From Veleropilina oligotropha (Eukaryota), in assembly GCA_048128005.1 (NCBI GenBank), contig JBEUKZ010000009.1, positions 310,001-374,000 on the forward strand: 64,000 nucleotides of DNA. The letters run 5' to 3'. A model generated the notes under the pieces. That model did no database searches and was not told the origin of the DNA. It was given only the letters and a program-made list of their open reading frames with translations. Shown here piece after piece: positions 36,898 to 49,503 of this stretch. Within the stretch, counting starts at the first letter, position 1; each line of letters starts with the position of its first letter. The position numbers were made by a program, and so were the translations under genes.

Positions 36898-39800
36898 TGC
36901 GGTCAAAGGGATCAGCTGCTCAGCAATATCAAACGTTTGCGTCGATTGTCAAATGCGTTCAACTGAAATTACTTTTGATTGGCTGTTTAAGTTTAACAGC
37001 CAATCAAAATTGTCGTAAGATTCTATTACGTTTACGTTTACGTCTACGATTTTTTGTGAAACGGGGCCCAGAAGTAGGCCTATATATTATATATATTTTA
37101 TTGATTTTCAAAATATGGAATCCACGAAATTAGGAGCCCTCGAAAATGTCTTTTTAAGCAAAACCACGAAAATTGATACCCTCGAAAATAAAGTCATTTA
37201 CAGTATATGGTAAAATTATTGGTGTCAGCAACGCAATAAGGAGCCAATTTCTGAGCTAAAGCGGTCCGAAAATGGTCAAAATTAACTATTGTAGTTTGGA
37301 GAGCACTTTAAGATAACTTCTATCTCTCTCTGTCCAGGTTTACGACCTGCTAATTGCTGATTTATCTGCCTGCGGTGGCCACAAGCCGGCCATAGAGCTC
37401 ATAAACTAATTTAGAGTCGCTGGATACTATCGACTGCTTGCATTCAAGCAATTAAAGCAATTAATGCAGTTCAATTCTTCTGACTGAACGCAAAAAATAA
37501 ACTGTTTTAATATTGAACCACCAGTCATAGCGCTATGAAATTGAACATACGAATTCACAGAAATGTGATGCGTATTGTATTTAAATTTCAAGTTCATAGT
37601 CCTAGTTACAGCTAAGTTATTTAGGAGTTAGAGCAGAACTAAACCTCTAGTTTTTACGACATACTAATTTCTTATATCTCTGCAGGCAGTGCCATGGCCA
37701 CAGTTTATTGATACAAAGTAATTAGGTGGCCATAATGTCAATACAAGACCATGGGGCTTTGTTGACACAGGGTAATAAATTACTTTAAGCCAGCCAGATA
37801 TAGTCACTACATAAAAAATACACTGTCTTTTTGCAGTATTACCAGTCACAGCTATTCGAAAATATGCATATATATTATTTCCCCTAAGATGGCACTAGTG
37901 TTAAATTTACCACTTGATGGTCCCCGTACAACCTAAGTTATAGCAGTTACAAAATGATGTCAAAAAATGTCTATATCTTTAAATTAACTTAAATAAGTGA
38001 TAGCTTTTTTATATATTGCGTTAGATAAATTTGATGTGTTCATAATGAACTTTATTTCGTTTCAAATAATTAAATATTAAGGAAGATACGACTAATTGAA
38101 ATTTTAAATTTCAAATGACTTTTGCTCTTAATATTTTCATACTGTTATTTTTTGGTTTATTATACATTTATTAGAACATAACACAACGTTCCCACCTACG
38201 AAGTTTCATTGTGATCGGACAGACGACTGCAGGGAAAATGACGTTTGAAGTTTTTCAAACAATCCAAGATGGCGGCTTAACCACATCACGCAGAAATATC
38301 TTCTTTGTAGCAAAATTAACTTACAGAAAGCGTCTACCACTCAGCGAAGGTTGAAGACTATAGTTAAAGCAGAATAAGAGTTATAGCCGATGTAAAAAAG
38401 TGTGATTTTTTCAAAATTATTGAGAGATTCAGATGGCCGTAACTGCCTTGCTTTTGTTCCGATAACATTTTCGCTTTCAAACTTTTTTCTTCACATAGTG
38501 AAGATCATTATTTAGGAACATCGCGTACCTCACTTCAGCCGTTTGGCCGAAGAAGATGGTATAAAAAGGTGCTTTTTTAAAGAAAAAACCTTAATTGCCG
38601 CTAAGACAGTGGCGCCGCATAGCAGAAATTAAGTGCGATTCAACTTCAGTACCATACCTACATGTTTACCATTTTTAGAGTTTTTGATTTAAGCGGTTTG
38701 GAAGTTATCACTGGTACAAACTCAGCCGGAATAATAAGAATAATAATAATAATAATAATAATAATTAAAGCTGCAAGCAGCTGTTAGGGCTCCAATTCAG
38801 GGACCAGTTTACAGGCACTCGCAAACACAGCATCTACCCACACACCAAATTTCAGCTTTCTACCCGCCATATCATCGAATTAGGTCAATTACTGCCGAAC
38901 CAGTGGCGCCACTTAGCTGAAAAGTTTACAGGCGCTTAATAAACACCATATCTACCTGCAAACCAAATTTCAGCTTTCTACCCCAAAAATCTTCGAATTA
39001 GGTCAATTACTGCCGAACCAGTGGCGCCACCTAGCTGAAAAATGTACAGGCGCTTAATAAACACCATATCTACCTGCAAACCAAATTTCAGCTTCCTACC
39101 CCCAAAATCATGGAATTAGGTCAATTACTGCCGAACCAGTGGCGCCACCTAGCTGGAAAAATGTACAGGCGCTTAATAAACACCATATCTACCTGCAAAC
39201 CAAATTTCAGCTTTCTACCCCCAAAATCATGGAATTAGGTCAATTACAGCTAACTGGGTCATCTGAGGTCAAAAGTCATGGTCATTTTTGAAAGCTTACC
39301 CATGACTTCCCATAGGCTCCCCATTGTAACTATATGTCTAAGATGCACCGTTTACAAGATACAGCCCCTTGAAACAATTTCCATAATGGCGTCCGATTTC
39401 CGCCATCTTGGAAATGCGATGTCAAATACGTTCCAACTACCCATTGCACTCCATCCCGTGTTTTTCCGAGTTCGGCAATTTTTCGCTAATTAGGTCACTG
39501 AGGTCAAAGGTCAAGGTCATTTTCAAAAGTTTACCCATGACTTCCCATAAGCTCCCCATAGTAACTATATGTCTAAGATGCACCGTTTACAAGATATAGC
39601 CCCTTTAAACATTTTCAGTAATGGCGTCCAAGTCAGCTGGTGGGAAAAAGGAGAGAAAATAAATAATGATAATTATAAATATATAGAACTGGTCACTGGG
39701 ACTGAGTACATGCGTGTAGAGTCAATAAATCAGCATCATAAACTGCCTACACCAGGCAGCCTTTACGACATCTGCAAGACCAGATCATAAAATGCCACAA

Positions 39801-40995
39801 CTTCATTCATGATAACATCATAAATGCTGTAATCGCCTTCCTAAGACTGTAGTAGGAATAAAAATATGTCTTATAAACATAAAAAATATTGATCATATGC
39901 ATGCCAAAATTTCCAATTAAAATGATCTTAATACAGTATAGTTTCAGTGAAAATTTAACTTAAATCGGATAATGGTGACCGCTGAAATAAAAAAGTGTGA
40001 TTTTTTCAAAATTATTGAGAGATTCATATGGCCGTAACTGCCTTGCTTTTGTTCCGATAACATTTTCGCTTTCAAACATTTTTCTTCACATAGTGAAGAT
40101 CATTATTTAGGAACATCGCGTACCTCACTTCAGCCGTTTGGCCGAAGAAGATGGTATAAAAAGGTGCTTTTTTAAAGAAAAAACCTTAATTGCCGCTAAG
40201 CCAGTGGCGCCGCATAGCAGAAATTAAGTGCGATTCAACTTCAGTACCATAGCTACATGTTTACCATTTTTAGAGTTTTTGCTTTAAGCGGTTTGGAATT
40301 TATCACTGGTACAAAACTCAGGCGGAATAATAGGAATAATAATAAACAAAATAGCAAAAACAATAGGGCTCCAGCTGAAGCTGTTGGAGCCCTAATAAAC
40401 AAAATAGCAAAAACAATAGGGCTCCAGCTGAAGCTGTTGGAGCCCTAACAAGACATGATTAAAACAAAGAAACAGATTTTATCCGCTACTTTGTTTGAAA
40501 TGGACCCTTAGGCTTTGTTACACTTTGCACTCACCGGGACATTGTTGTAGGAAAAGATTGCATTGATCGCGCTTTATACATGTAATAATAACAAACAAGA
40601 TTTTCTGTATCAAGGGAACGTTGAATTGACAAGACAGCTATGTGTGATGTATGTAATCCGGGAATTGCTTCGTTGCATTTTGAAAGCTTTGCAATGTTTT
40701 CAACAATTATACTTAGAATACGATATACTAGTACTTATATAAAATTTTATTGCCAAATTTTGCATTGGTTAACTTATGGGTATATCACTAGACAAGCTAT
40801 TTATATTTATAAATTGAGTAGACTTTAGCCGCTGGTTGTAGATCAGCCCAACTGTTACCAGAATGGGAAATAAATATCAGAGTTCAAATGTCAGTAATGA
40901 ATACATGTATGCAGTATTAAGTGATTTGGTTTGACAATGGATAGTTAATGTCCATCTCACACCATTCAGCGGCATACCAGGACATGTCCATAGTA

Positions 40996-42325
40996 CGGTG
41001 GAACCCGCTTATTTGCATAGCGAGATTGTCGCGACTATCTATGCGATTATCCAGATTATGCGTTTAACCGTTTTAACCAAATTGATAAATTTCGGAAATT
41101 ATTTTTCGCCGGAAATCATCGACGATAATTACTTGTACTTAAAATAGTTCTTTATTGTAAATAATTTTTTTTGTAAATCATACTAAATGTATGAAGGTGA
41201 TTAGCCTGTTTCAGTAGAATTGATATAGGTTTCGAAAGCGTCGTCGCATTTCATACATTACTCTGCCAGTCTGCTGTGGAAATTCATTTTCAGAACGTTT
41301 CTCTTCTGCTGAACACGTGTCGCGTTATTGGCCGCCATGTTGAAAAATTTGCTTATGTTTTAATCTCTAATCGATTTTTGTTTACAGTTATTGAATAATT
41401 ATTTGTGGCGAGATTGAATTATTACAGTATATTATGATTTGATATAAAAAACATAAGACGTTGTCTTCATATAAAATTAAAATAATAATTAAATCACCAT
41501 AGTTCGCAAGCGGCAGCGAGGCTACATATTCTCAAAAACAAAATCAGGGGAGATAATACTTCTCATTTTGTAGGTTCAGTTGTGTTAATTGTTACAAATG
41601 TTGTTGTTGTCTTAGAATTATGTAATTTATCGGCGAACTAAGTGCTGTTCATGTGAATAGATGTAACGACACCGTTTACTTTGATTCATAAGCCTAATCT
41701 TCGATTTTGTCGTTCAGATAAACTCAACAGTCTGTCATTTGGATTGGGACAATAGATTTTTAGTCCCCTTTAATCCGTTTATCGTGTCACGGTGTGTGAC
41801 TTCGCAACTTCAAAAATCAGACAAAGGCGATCGCTTATAGACCTAATTTAGCAAAAACACAAATATCCCTTTTGATGCCGACACAACGCTGGGCCTTCTT
41901 CACTTTATCGATCGATAATTTCACCGACTGACATCGCTCATATCCGTAACATTTCTGCAATGAAACGATGTTTACCGAACTTTCAGTTCCGACTTTTCCC
42001 GGAAGTAAACTTATTTTGCAACCCACGAGGTTGCAGAAATGGTTCAAACTTCGAATGTTACTGATGAATAAACATCTTTACGATGACGTAGCAAGACATA
42101 CTGGCAAATACGCAAGTATTTTGACCAATTTAGAGATTTTATTATCAATTATGTATTGTTTTGTCGAAAATTTCTTATGCAAATAAGCGGGAATCGAATA
42201 ATTATTCATGCGATTAACCGAATATTTGCATATGATAATAATAGTAAAATATTCTGTTCCCAGAGATTATATGCAAATAACCGGATTATGCAATTATCCG
42301 ATATGCAATTAAGTGGGTTCCACTG
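40996..42325 (-). mobile_element. Tc1/mariner non-autonomous element, family A copy 2 (inverted)
   Basis: TA-flanked TIRs; reverse-complement homologue of 4672-6039. Confidence 0.85.
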
Positions 42326-42402
42326 TATCTCAGGAAGAAACCTGGTCACCCTGGGAAAACCCACTCACAACAGCCAGTTCTGGACAGCTTTTACTGTTCA
42401 CA

Positions 42403-43330
42403 CCAGGGCCGTAGCCAGGATTTTGTGAAGGGGGGTTTGAATATACCTTGCTGGGGGCATAATTGGCCATGAAGACGATTTTGAATGCAATATACGCTCA
42501 GGGGCGTGTACATGATTTTTTACAATTTTACAATGTTGGTATGTGACAAAATAATGAAATTCGTTTGTTCGTAACAATAATAGCACAACTAGAAAGTGTC
42601 TGAAGTAAACATAAAAATGGTAATTGAATTTTGTTGCTTGACCAAATATTAAGAAAGTTGCAACATTTTAAATATTTAAAGTCTCGCCGTTTTCGTCTCT
42701 TTGCAATAATAGGAAAACATAAAAATCACAACGAGTTTAATATCAACGGTGTGTGTGGGGATGGGGCCCCACGCTCAAGAATATTTGAGTATGTAAAGCT
42801 GTGAAACATATTTTCCTGCGTTCTGAAGCTGCAAACACGATGATTTTAGATTGTATCAACGATGTGCGTGGGGGTGGTGCCCCACACGAAAGAAAATTTT
42901 AGTATTTAAAACTGGAACATCTTCTCCCGCATTCTGATGTTGCACATGCGATGTTTTTAGATTACTATCAACGGAGTGCGTGTGGTCCCATCCCGACGCG
43001 CAAGAACATTTTGGTATTTAAAACTGTGAAACATCTTCTCCTGTGTTCTGAAGCTGCAAATGGAATGATTTTAGATTACTATCAATGATGTGCGTGCAAG
43101 AAAATTTTAGTATTTAAAACTGTGAAACAGCGTCACCTGTATTCTGATGTTGCAAATGCGATGTTTTTAGATTACACCTATGAACTTTAATATTTAAAAC
43201 TGTGGAACAGCTTCTCCTGCACTCTGATGTTACAAATGCGATGTTTTTAGATTACTATCAACGATGTGCATGGGGTCCCAATTTTGGTATTTAGCACTGT
43301 GAAATAGCTTTTCCTGCGTTCTTAACGATG
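42403..43330 (+). repeat. hAT-like left end followed by degenerate ~120-bp tandem repeats
   Basis: CAGGGCCGTAGCCAGGATTTT..GGGGG start; recurrent TTTTAGATTACTATCAACG and TATTTAAAACTGTGAAAC. Right TIR not found. Confidence 0.45.
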
Positions 43331-43395
43331 TAAATGATGTGTTTTCAATTCACAACTGTGTACCCACAAACTGGCTTGATTGAAAAGTTAATCCC

Positions 43396-44960
43396 CATCG
43401 CCAATCTCCACGCATGCGCCGATTGTGCTCCGCTACATCGCCAATCTCCACGCATGCGCCGATTGTGCTCCGCTACATCGCCAATCTCCATGCATGCGCC
43501 GATTGTGCTCCGCTACATCGCCAATCTCCATGCATGCGCCGATTGTGCTCCGCTACATCGCCAATCTCCACGCATGCGCTGATTGAGCTCCGCTACATCG
43601 CCAATCGCCTCGCATGCGTCAATTGTGCTCCGCTACATCGCCAATCTCCACGCATGCACCGATTGTGCTCCGCTACATCGCCAATCTCCACGCAGTCCTT
43701 TGTTTTAAGAAAATGATGGCGAATGAAAAATAGCTCTCCTAGAATGGTCGCGCGAGTGATTTCACTCTCCCATTAATTGACACTGGAGAAGGAAGCAAAG
43801 AAAGCCTTTGAGGGTACTACTTTCCAGCAGACTAGAATTATTTAATTTCTGTTTATATATGTCTGTCTCCTTTTGATGAACAAAATAAAATATTCATTTT
43901 GATATTTTTTCCAATTTATTATATAATATCTCATTACATGTATCATATTTTTTCAACCAACCAACAATCGGAATTCATCACTAAATTTTCATACAATATT
44001 ATATTGTATTATACTTAAAAAAAGTATAAATGTTTTACATTGATAATCGACAAAAAGATAGGTAACAATAACTTGCGCTACTATCTTGTTATGCTGTGAT
44101 ATTACTATAGGCACATCGGTGATGCCAGTACAGTATCTCTCCGGATTTTCTCTGTAATGTTTAAGGCGACAGCAGCCTCTTATCAGAGTACTTCGCGCAC
44201 GATTTACAATATATACGACATACTATAATGTCTTACTGTTTACAAAACCAAATATTTTTGAAATGTTCCAACTTAAAAACATATGCAACCAAGCAATGCC
44301 TGTGACTGTCTTCGAGACAGTGCCCAGCGAGGCTCAATAAAATCCGGATCAGTAACACTCTACGATGTTTTTCTGTTCATTTTCAGCTGTTAATAGTATG
44401 CGTATATTTCAAGTTCTATTATTTTTTTCGTATGCAGGCACTTTTCAACTATTATAATAGTCAATGCGACTTTATTAAAGTTACTCGCCGTTTCAAATTC
44501 GTGATATGTCACGACTTGCGACATGCAAGCTAAACAGACGAGAACGATCGGTTTCCGTTCCGTATTTTATAGAGAAAATCACGCTGAATCTCGTTGACCG
44601 AGATGTTATCTAGTATGTGGAGAGTCATACATGTAAATATAAAATAAAATGTTTGGCAAGCATTTCCATTTGGCGATGGTAACTCATTCCATATATTGTC
44701 GTATTTTGACAACTTTTCCAATTATTTTTATTTTTATTTATTTTACTCTGTGAATTTGACGCGATCGATTTTTTGCTCGCAGCCAACACGTTTTACGCGA
44801 GCGATGGCGCACGAGAGCGATCGCTCGCATCAAAAAAGAAGGACTGTCCACGCATGCGCCGATTGTGCTCCGCTACATTGCCAATCTCCACGCATGCGCC
44901 GGTTGTGCTCCGCTACATCGTCAATCTCCATGCATGCGCTGATTGTGCTCCGCTACATTG
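43396..44960 (+). repeat. 40-bp minisatellite (CATCGCCAATCTCCACGCATGCGCCGATTGTGCTCCGCTA), about 10 units, split by an insertion
   Basis: About 7.5 units at 43396-43692 and about 3 at 44847-44960. Confidence 0.92.
43693..44846. mobile_element. hAT-like MITE with 6-bp TSD
   Basis: TIRs CAGTCCTTTGTTTT and AAAAAGAAGGACTG. TSD TCCACG (43687-43692, 44847-44852) within a minisatellite unit. Confidence 0.78.
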
Positions 44961-46301
44961 TCTCTGCCCTTGCTGGTAGCACTATACTTGCATTTCCAAC
45001 GAAAATCCGTGATTTCCATGACGTCATTGACCCTGAGTTACTGGGTGTTGTGTATGTTTTCTTGCGCCAACACGTGCTATTGTTTATGTCGCCATCGGTG
45101 TCAGTTAGCATCAACAAAATGCATTATATTCGAACTGCTGGCACTTCTAACGAGTGACTCCCTCTCACACATATTTATTTAGTCGATATTTAACATTTAC
45201 TTGTGGATAAATTAAATATTACACTTTAATAAGCGTTAGATCACCGCAAAAAATTGAAATGGTCTTTCTTCACGCGTGCCCGCATCCATCTTTTTTACGA
45301 ATGACATCATACATGCAGGATTATTTGCTCTGGGACATCCGTTTCATTTACAAATAAACTGGGTGTTTGGAGTGTATTTTAAGATAATCACTATGTAAAC
45401 ATGTGGTTATCAGTCATTAAAATTAAAAATAAAGCCAAATTAAAAAAAAATTAAAAATGTCACGTCATGAACGAGATGAGGTGAATCGCCTCATGGCTGA
45501 ACCAGCGTTCGCAGAGATTGTTGTAGGGACGCGATAGGGGAAGGGAATTAACTCTGCTTGGAGATTGCCCAAGTGCCTTTAGCAAAGTCTTTGAAGTTTC
45601 ATTTCCATTAAAATTAAAGCAGATCGTAAACCGGTATCACATGCTTCACTGACAAACCCGTGCATTGTATAAATTAGTAAAGTGTATCCCAAAATATATA
45701 AATGTAGCCGCCCAGGGCTTTATTTATTAATGCAGTACTTATCATAATAAGTGAAAAATGCTGTTAGGTCAGATTTTAATATCTTCAATGCTATTTTCAG
45801 TACATGTACCAGTGGATTTCAAATGATTTGAGATGGATGTTTATAATCCTGTGAGCTAAATTGAACATATCTAGACATTAAATAATTAACATTTCTAAAT
45901 CCATTAATGCGCAAATTCAAATCCATGTAAATTAATTATGTGCTTTCAATACTTTATAATTACCATGTGTCAGCTGTTAATATTTGATATTCAACAGAAT
46001 CCTGAGGCTGCGAGTTTGAAATGCATCGTGTCACTTGCGAGTTTTGAAAATATTTTCTAAGTGAACAGGATAAACGATCATATCAAATGATATACCGCGG
46101 GATAACATTTGTAATTTTTTACACCATGTCCAATATATTTTCAAATGTTCCATATACAACATGTATTGCTATGCAGAGATACTGGCAACTACATGCACTT
46201 TATATATGATTATTATGAATTACTATAAAATTATAGATAATGTAAGACTTAATTTAAATGTAGTCAGAACTGCATAATCGTTATTATTTTTCCATTTTCA
46301 G

Positions 46302-46464
46302 ATCGCTATGAGGCGTTGCTAGAGCGGCGATTCGCAGAGCTGCGGGAGAGATTGCAGTTTGCTGAATTACTGAACAAACAACGGGAAAACGATATACATA
46401 TTTTACGTAGTCAGTTCACATTTCTCCTAGACTCCTTCATCCATGGCAACGTATCTACCAACAG
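46302..46464 (+). CDS. Probable internal host exon, coiled-coil stem resembling MGAT4-family GlcNAc-transferases
   Basis: TTTTCCATTTTCAG acceptor and CAG|GTACGA donor flank an open frame RYEALLERRFAELRERLQFAELLNKQRENDIHILRSQF. Resembles the MGAT4 stem as I recall it; not searched. Confidence 0.5.
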
Positions 46465-46590
46465 GTACGACACGCATGTATGTAATAGGTAATGTTATGA
46501 TGCAAATGCAACATGCATGAATTACAGTTACTACAATTGTTGTTGAAAAGATTTTTAACTTACTTTGGAACAGGATAGTGAAGAGTTGTT

Positions 46591-46628
46591 TGACATTTCG
46601 ACTACTCAGCTAGTAGTCTTGATCATGT
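46591..46628 (-). ncRNA. Degenerate minimal hammerhead-like motif in the Penelope pLTR (second copy 52637-52674, + strand)
   Basis: ATGATCA-A-GACTACT(AGCTG)AGTAGTC-GAAA-TGTC. The core deviates from CTGANGA. Confidence 0.45.
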
Positions 46629-47631
46629 AATGATCTTGTTGGCCGCTGGGGGCGCTCAGGTAGCAGGCTGTGGTAGATGGCGGGCAGCTAGTATCCCTGG
46701 TCACGGTTCATGGTTGGTTTGTGGTGGCGGATGTAGATGGCCTCCTTGACTTTGCGTTTGGTCCAGTCAGGTTCACGGGTGAGGATTGATGTGTTGCTTA
46801 GTGACACTGAGTGGTCGGTGGCTTGGCACCCGCGGTGATCACCCACACCCTAGGCTTATCGAGGTTGGTGTGTTCCTTAAAGCGAATCACCAGGGTACGC
46901 TTGGTTTCCCCATGTACGAGTGGTCCCCCTAGGGGACTGATCGCAATGGATTTGGTATATGACCCCGCATTTCTTCTCATCTGGGGTACGGGACTTTAGG
47001 TGTACCAATATAGATCTTAGTTTATTGGAGGGTTGGTGGTAGGTTTTGATACCGTAGGACTTATCAATCCGAGAGAGTTTCTCAGACAGACCTTGCGCAT
47101 AGGGTATACCAATCAAAGGTGGTCGATGTTGTGGCATGTTCGAGGCGGTAGTGTCTGGTGGTAGAGGACGTAGTTTGGGCTTAGGGATGTTGAGAGCCCA
47201 TTCGGCATAACCATTGGCACGGAGCGCACTCACATGCTCGCGTTCCTTACGTTGATCCGGTGTCGACGTGACGTAGTTGTCCGCTCTGCTCAATAGTGTG
47301 CGGACAACAGATCGTTTGTGTTCCAGCGAATGGTGCGAATCAAAAGTTTAAATAGTGGTCCATATGGGTGGGCTTACGGTAAACAGTAATTTTGGTGCCG
47401 CCATCGTCAAGGACGTTGATGCACAGGTCGAGAAAAGGGAGTTTGTTGTTGATCTCCGGTTCGATGGTGAAACGAATGTTCGGATCGATGCTGTTGATAT
47501 GACCTGAAAACACTTCTACGTCGTATTCATGAATCTTCACGAACGTGTCGTCCACATAGCGCAGCCAAATAGATGGGCTAACTGGCGAGGTAGATACTAT
47601 TAGGGCTTTATGTTCGAAATCTTCCATGTAG

Positions 47632-49438
47632 CAGGGCTGAACTTAAAGAACGGGAGTGGTAACCTGTTTACCACAAATTTACTTCTGGTAACCTATTTGA
47701 AAACAGGTTACCAGCATAAATTCATTTCATTACTTCTGTTACTGGCAGTCACCAAAATGAACATTCAATTTTGTCTAATACTGTTTGTCTTTAAAATAAC
47801 AACAAACCTGCACAAATTGACTAGCTAGTAGTAATATGGATATTCCCTTTAAATAACAATAAACATGCTCATTTTGACAACTTGTTTTGTTATCAAAGTT
47901 CAGATTTGTTTATATGAAGCCCGTTTATATATTTATAAACATATATTTAACTAGTAAATTAATGCTATTATACTATTTAACCGTGTGGTAGCCGTGCCAT
48001 GACGTACGCTTTTGGAGACAATTTGTTCGCTCAAATTTCAGAATACAAAACTTAATTTAATATTACTGGCAACATAGCAGTTATAATAATTACATGCATG
48101 AAGCACATTTGCTTTCACTCAAGTTATAATATATTGAAACGGTGGTTGTTCGCCTGTCAACATCTGCCTACATCGATGAAATGTCATTGGATTTATGCCA
48201 GTATGCAGTGTAAAAAGTTAAAAAAATCATCCACGAGCATTCTGCTCCTAACTTTTAAAAGTTAGGGGCATTTCAAAATTTCTAGGGGCATTTTCATGAA
48301 GCATAATTTTAAGGTTTAATTATAATATATAAAAAATGTTTCACTTCAAAGCCTTATCAATTTTTTGCCTTTTTGCTTGCATTTTGCCTTAATAATATAT
48401 TTTGATAAGTGTAAACATGTTGAAGATGTTTTAAATTTCGCGCGCAAGAACTTAGGATTATCGTACATTTCGCAAGGGTAAAAGGGTTAATCTACAACGA
48501 TGTTACATTGTATAGTTACGATATATTTAAGTACGATGTTTTTAATTATAATTCCTGAATGACAGTGTCATACCTGCCAATAAATTGTTTATTCTATTAA
48601 GAAATGATCATTTTCTAAGTATCTAGCATTTACTAAATGTAACAATCGACTTGCGTATAAGAAATATGCATTTTGTTTCCACCTTTTCCCCCGACACAGG
48701 ATTGTTGACGGTTGCTATGACGCTGTAGACACAGAGCCATCTATACTTAGACTTAATCGCTATTTTCCGTAATATATTCTACAATAGTGAAACAGTGTTG
48801 TACGGAAATTGCCGAGATCAGTCGTTGACTGGTTTTTAAGGCAGATTATCTCCCTTTTACTAACATGTTGCTTGCATCGGACATTTCTATCGATATCGAA
48901 AATGGAAAATTGCGTGGTCAAAAACGATGTTCAAACGCATTTTAAGCGGGTAATACAGGTGAAATGCAAGTAAAACGTAATAAATATACGAATTGGTAGC
49001 AATTAATGTTACTCGCACAAAGCGAATGCTTGTCAAAGTTAACTCGCATTCTATAAATGTTGGGCGCATTTGCGACCACGTTGTTCGCAACTTTTTACAC
49101 TGGTAAAAGGCAATCAAATTCGCCGGAATTACCGAACCCCACAAATAGTAACAGCAATCTCGCATAACGTGTTTTTTCCACGGATATAAGTACGAACAGC
49201 TACGAATTTGTTAATATGAAAAGATCATCTCGTAACAAGCACACCGTGACGCGCTACAAGCAGGAAACAAAAAACTGTCCGTTGCCGACATTTTTATATT
49301 TAGTTTAACAGCGTTAAAAACAGAACCTCGTATTTTCCATACTACAGTGTCAGCGATGGTGGCGACCTGTTAGCCGTTCGTTATTAGAAAACGGGCGACC
49401 TATGCGTAACCCGAACGACCGTTCGCCAGTTAAGTTCA
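47632..49438. mobile_element. hAT-like element inserted in the Penelope RT, right TIR truncated
   Basis: Left CAGGGCTGAACTTAA, right TTAAGTTCA. Flanks ATGTAG/ATATAG. Removing it rejoins VCNLY-MEDFE. Confidence 0.65.
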
Positions 49439-49503
49439 ATATAGAGGTTGCATACAAGGGGTGACACCGGGGAACCCATAGCTGCACCATGGGTTTGCTG
49501 GTA

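Larger units (their letters stand above)
32561..40448 (-). mobile_element. Head-to-tail array of three ~1.6-kb Helentron/HINE-like units with internal ~118-bp repeats
   Basis: Units start (plus strand) with TAAAGCTGCAAGCAGC at 32561, 34158 and 38766, separated by (AAT)n. Terminal hairpin TAGGGCTCCA...TGGAGCCCTA is duplicated at 40343-40448. The middle unit is interrupted. Confidence 0.75.

Noticed and set aside
43396..43692. 40-bp repeats as a CRISPR array
   Set aside because: Units are contiguous with no unique spacers, there are no cas genes, and the context is eukaryotic.
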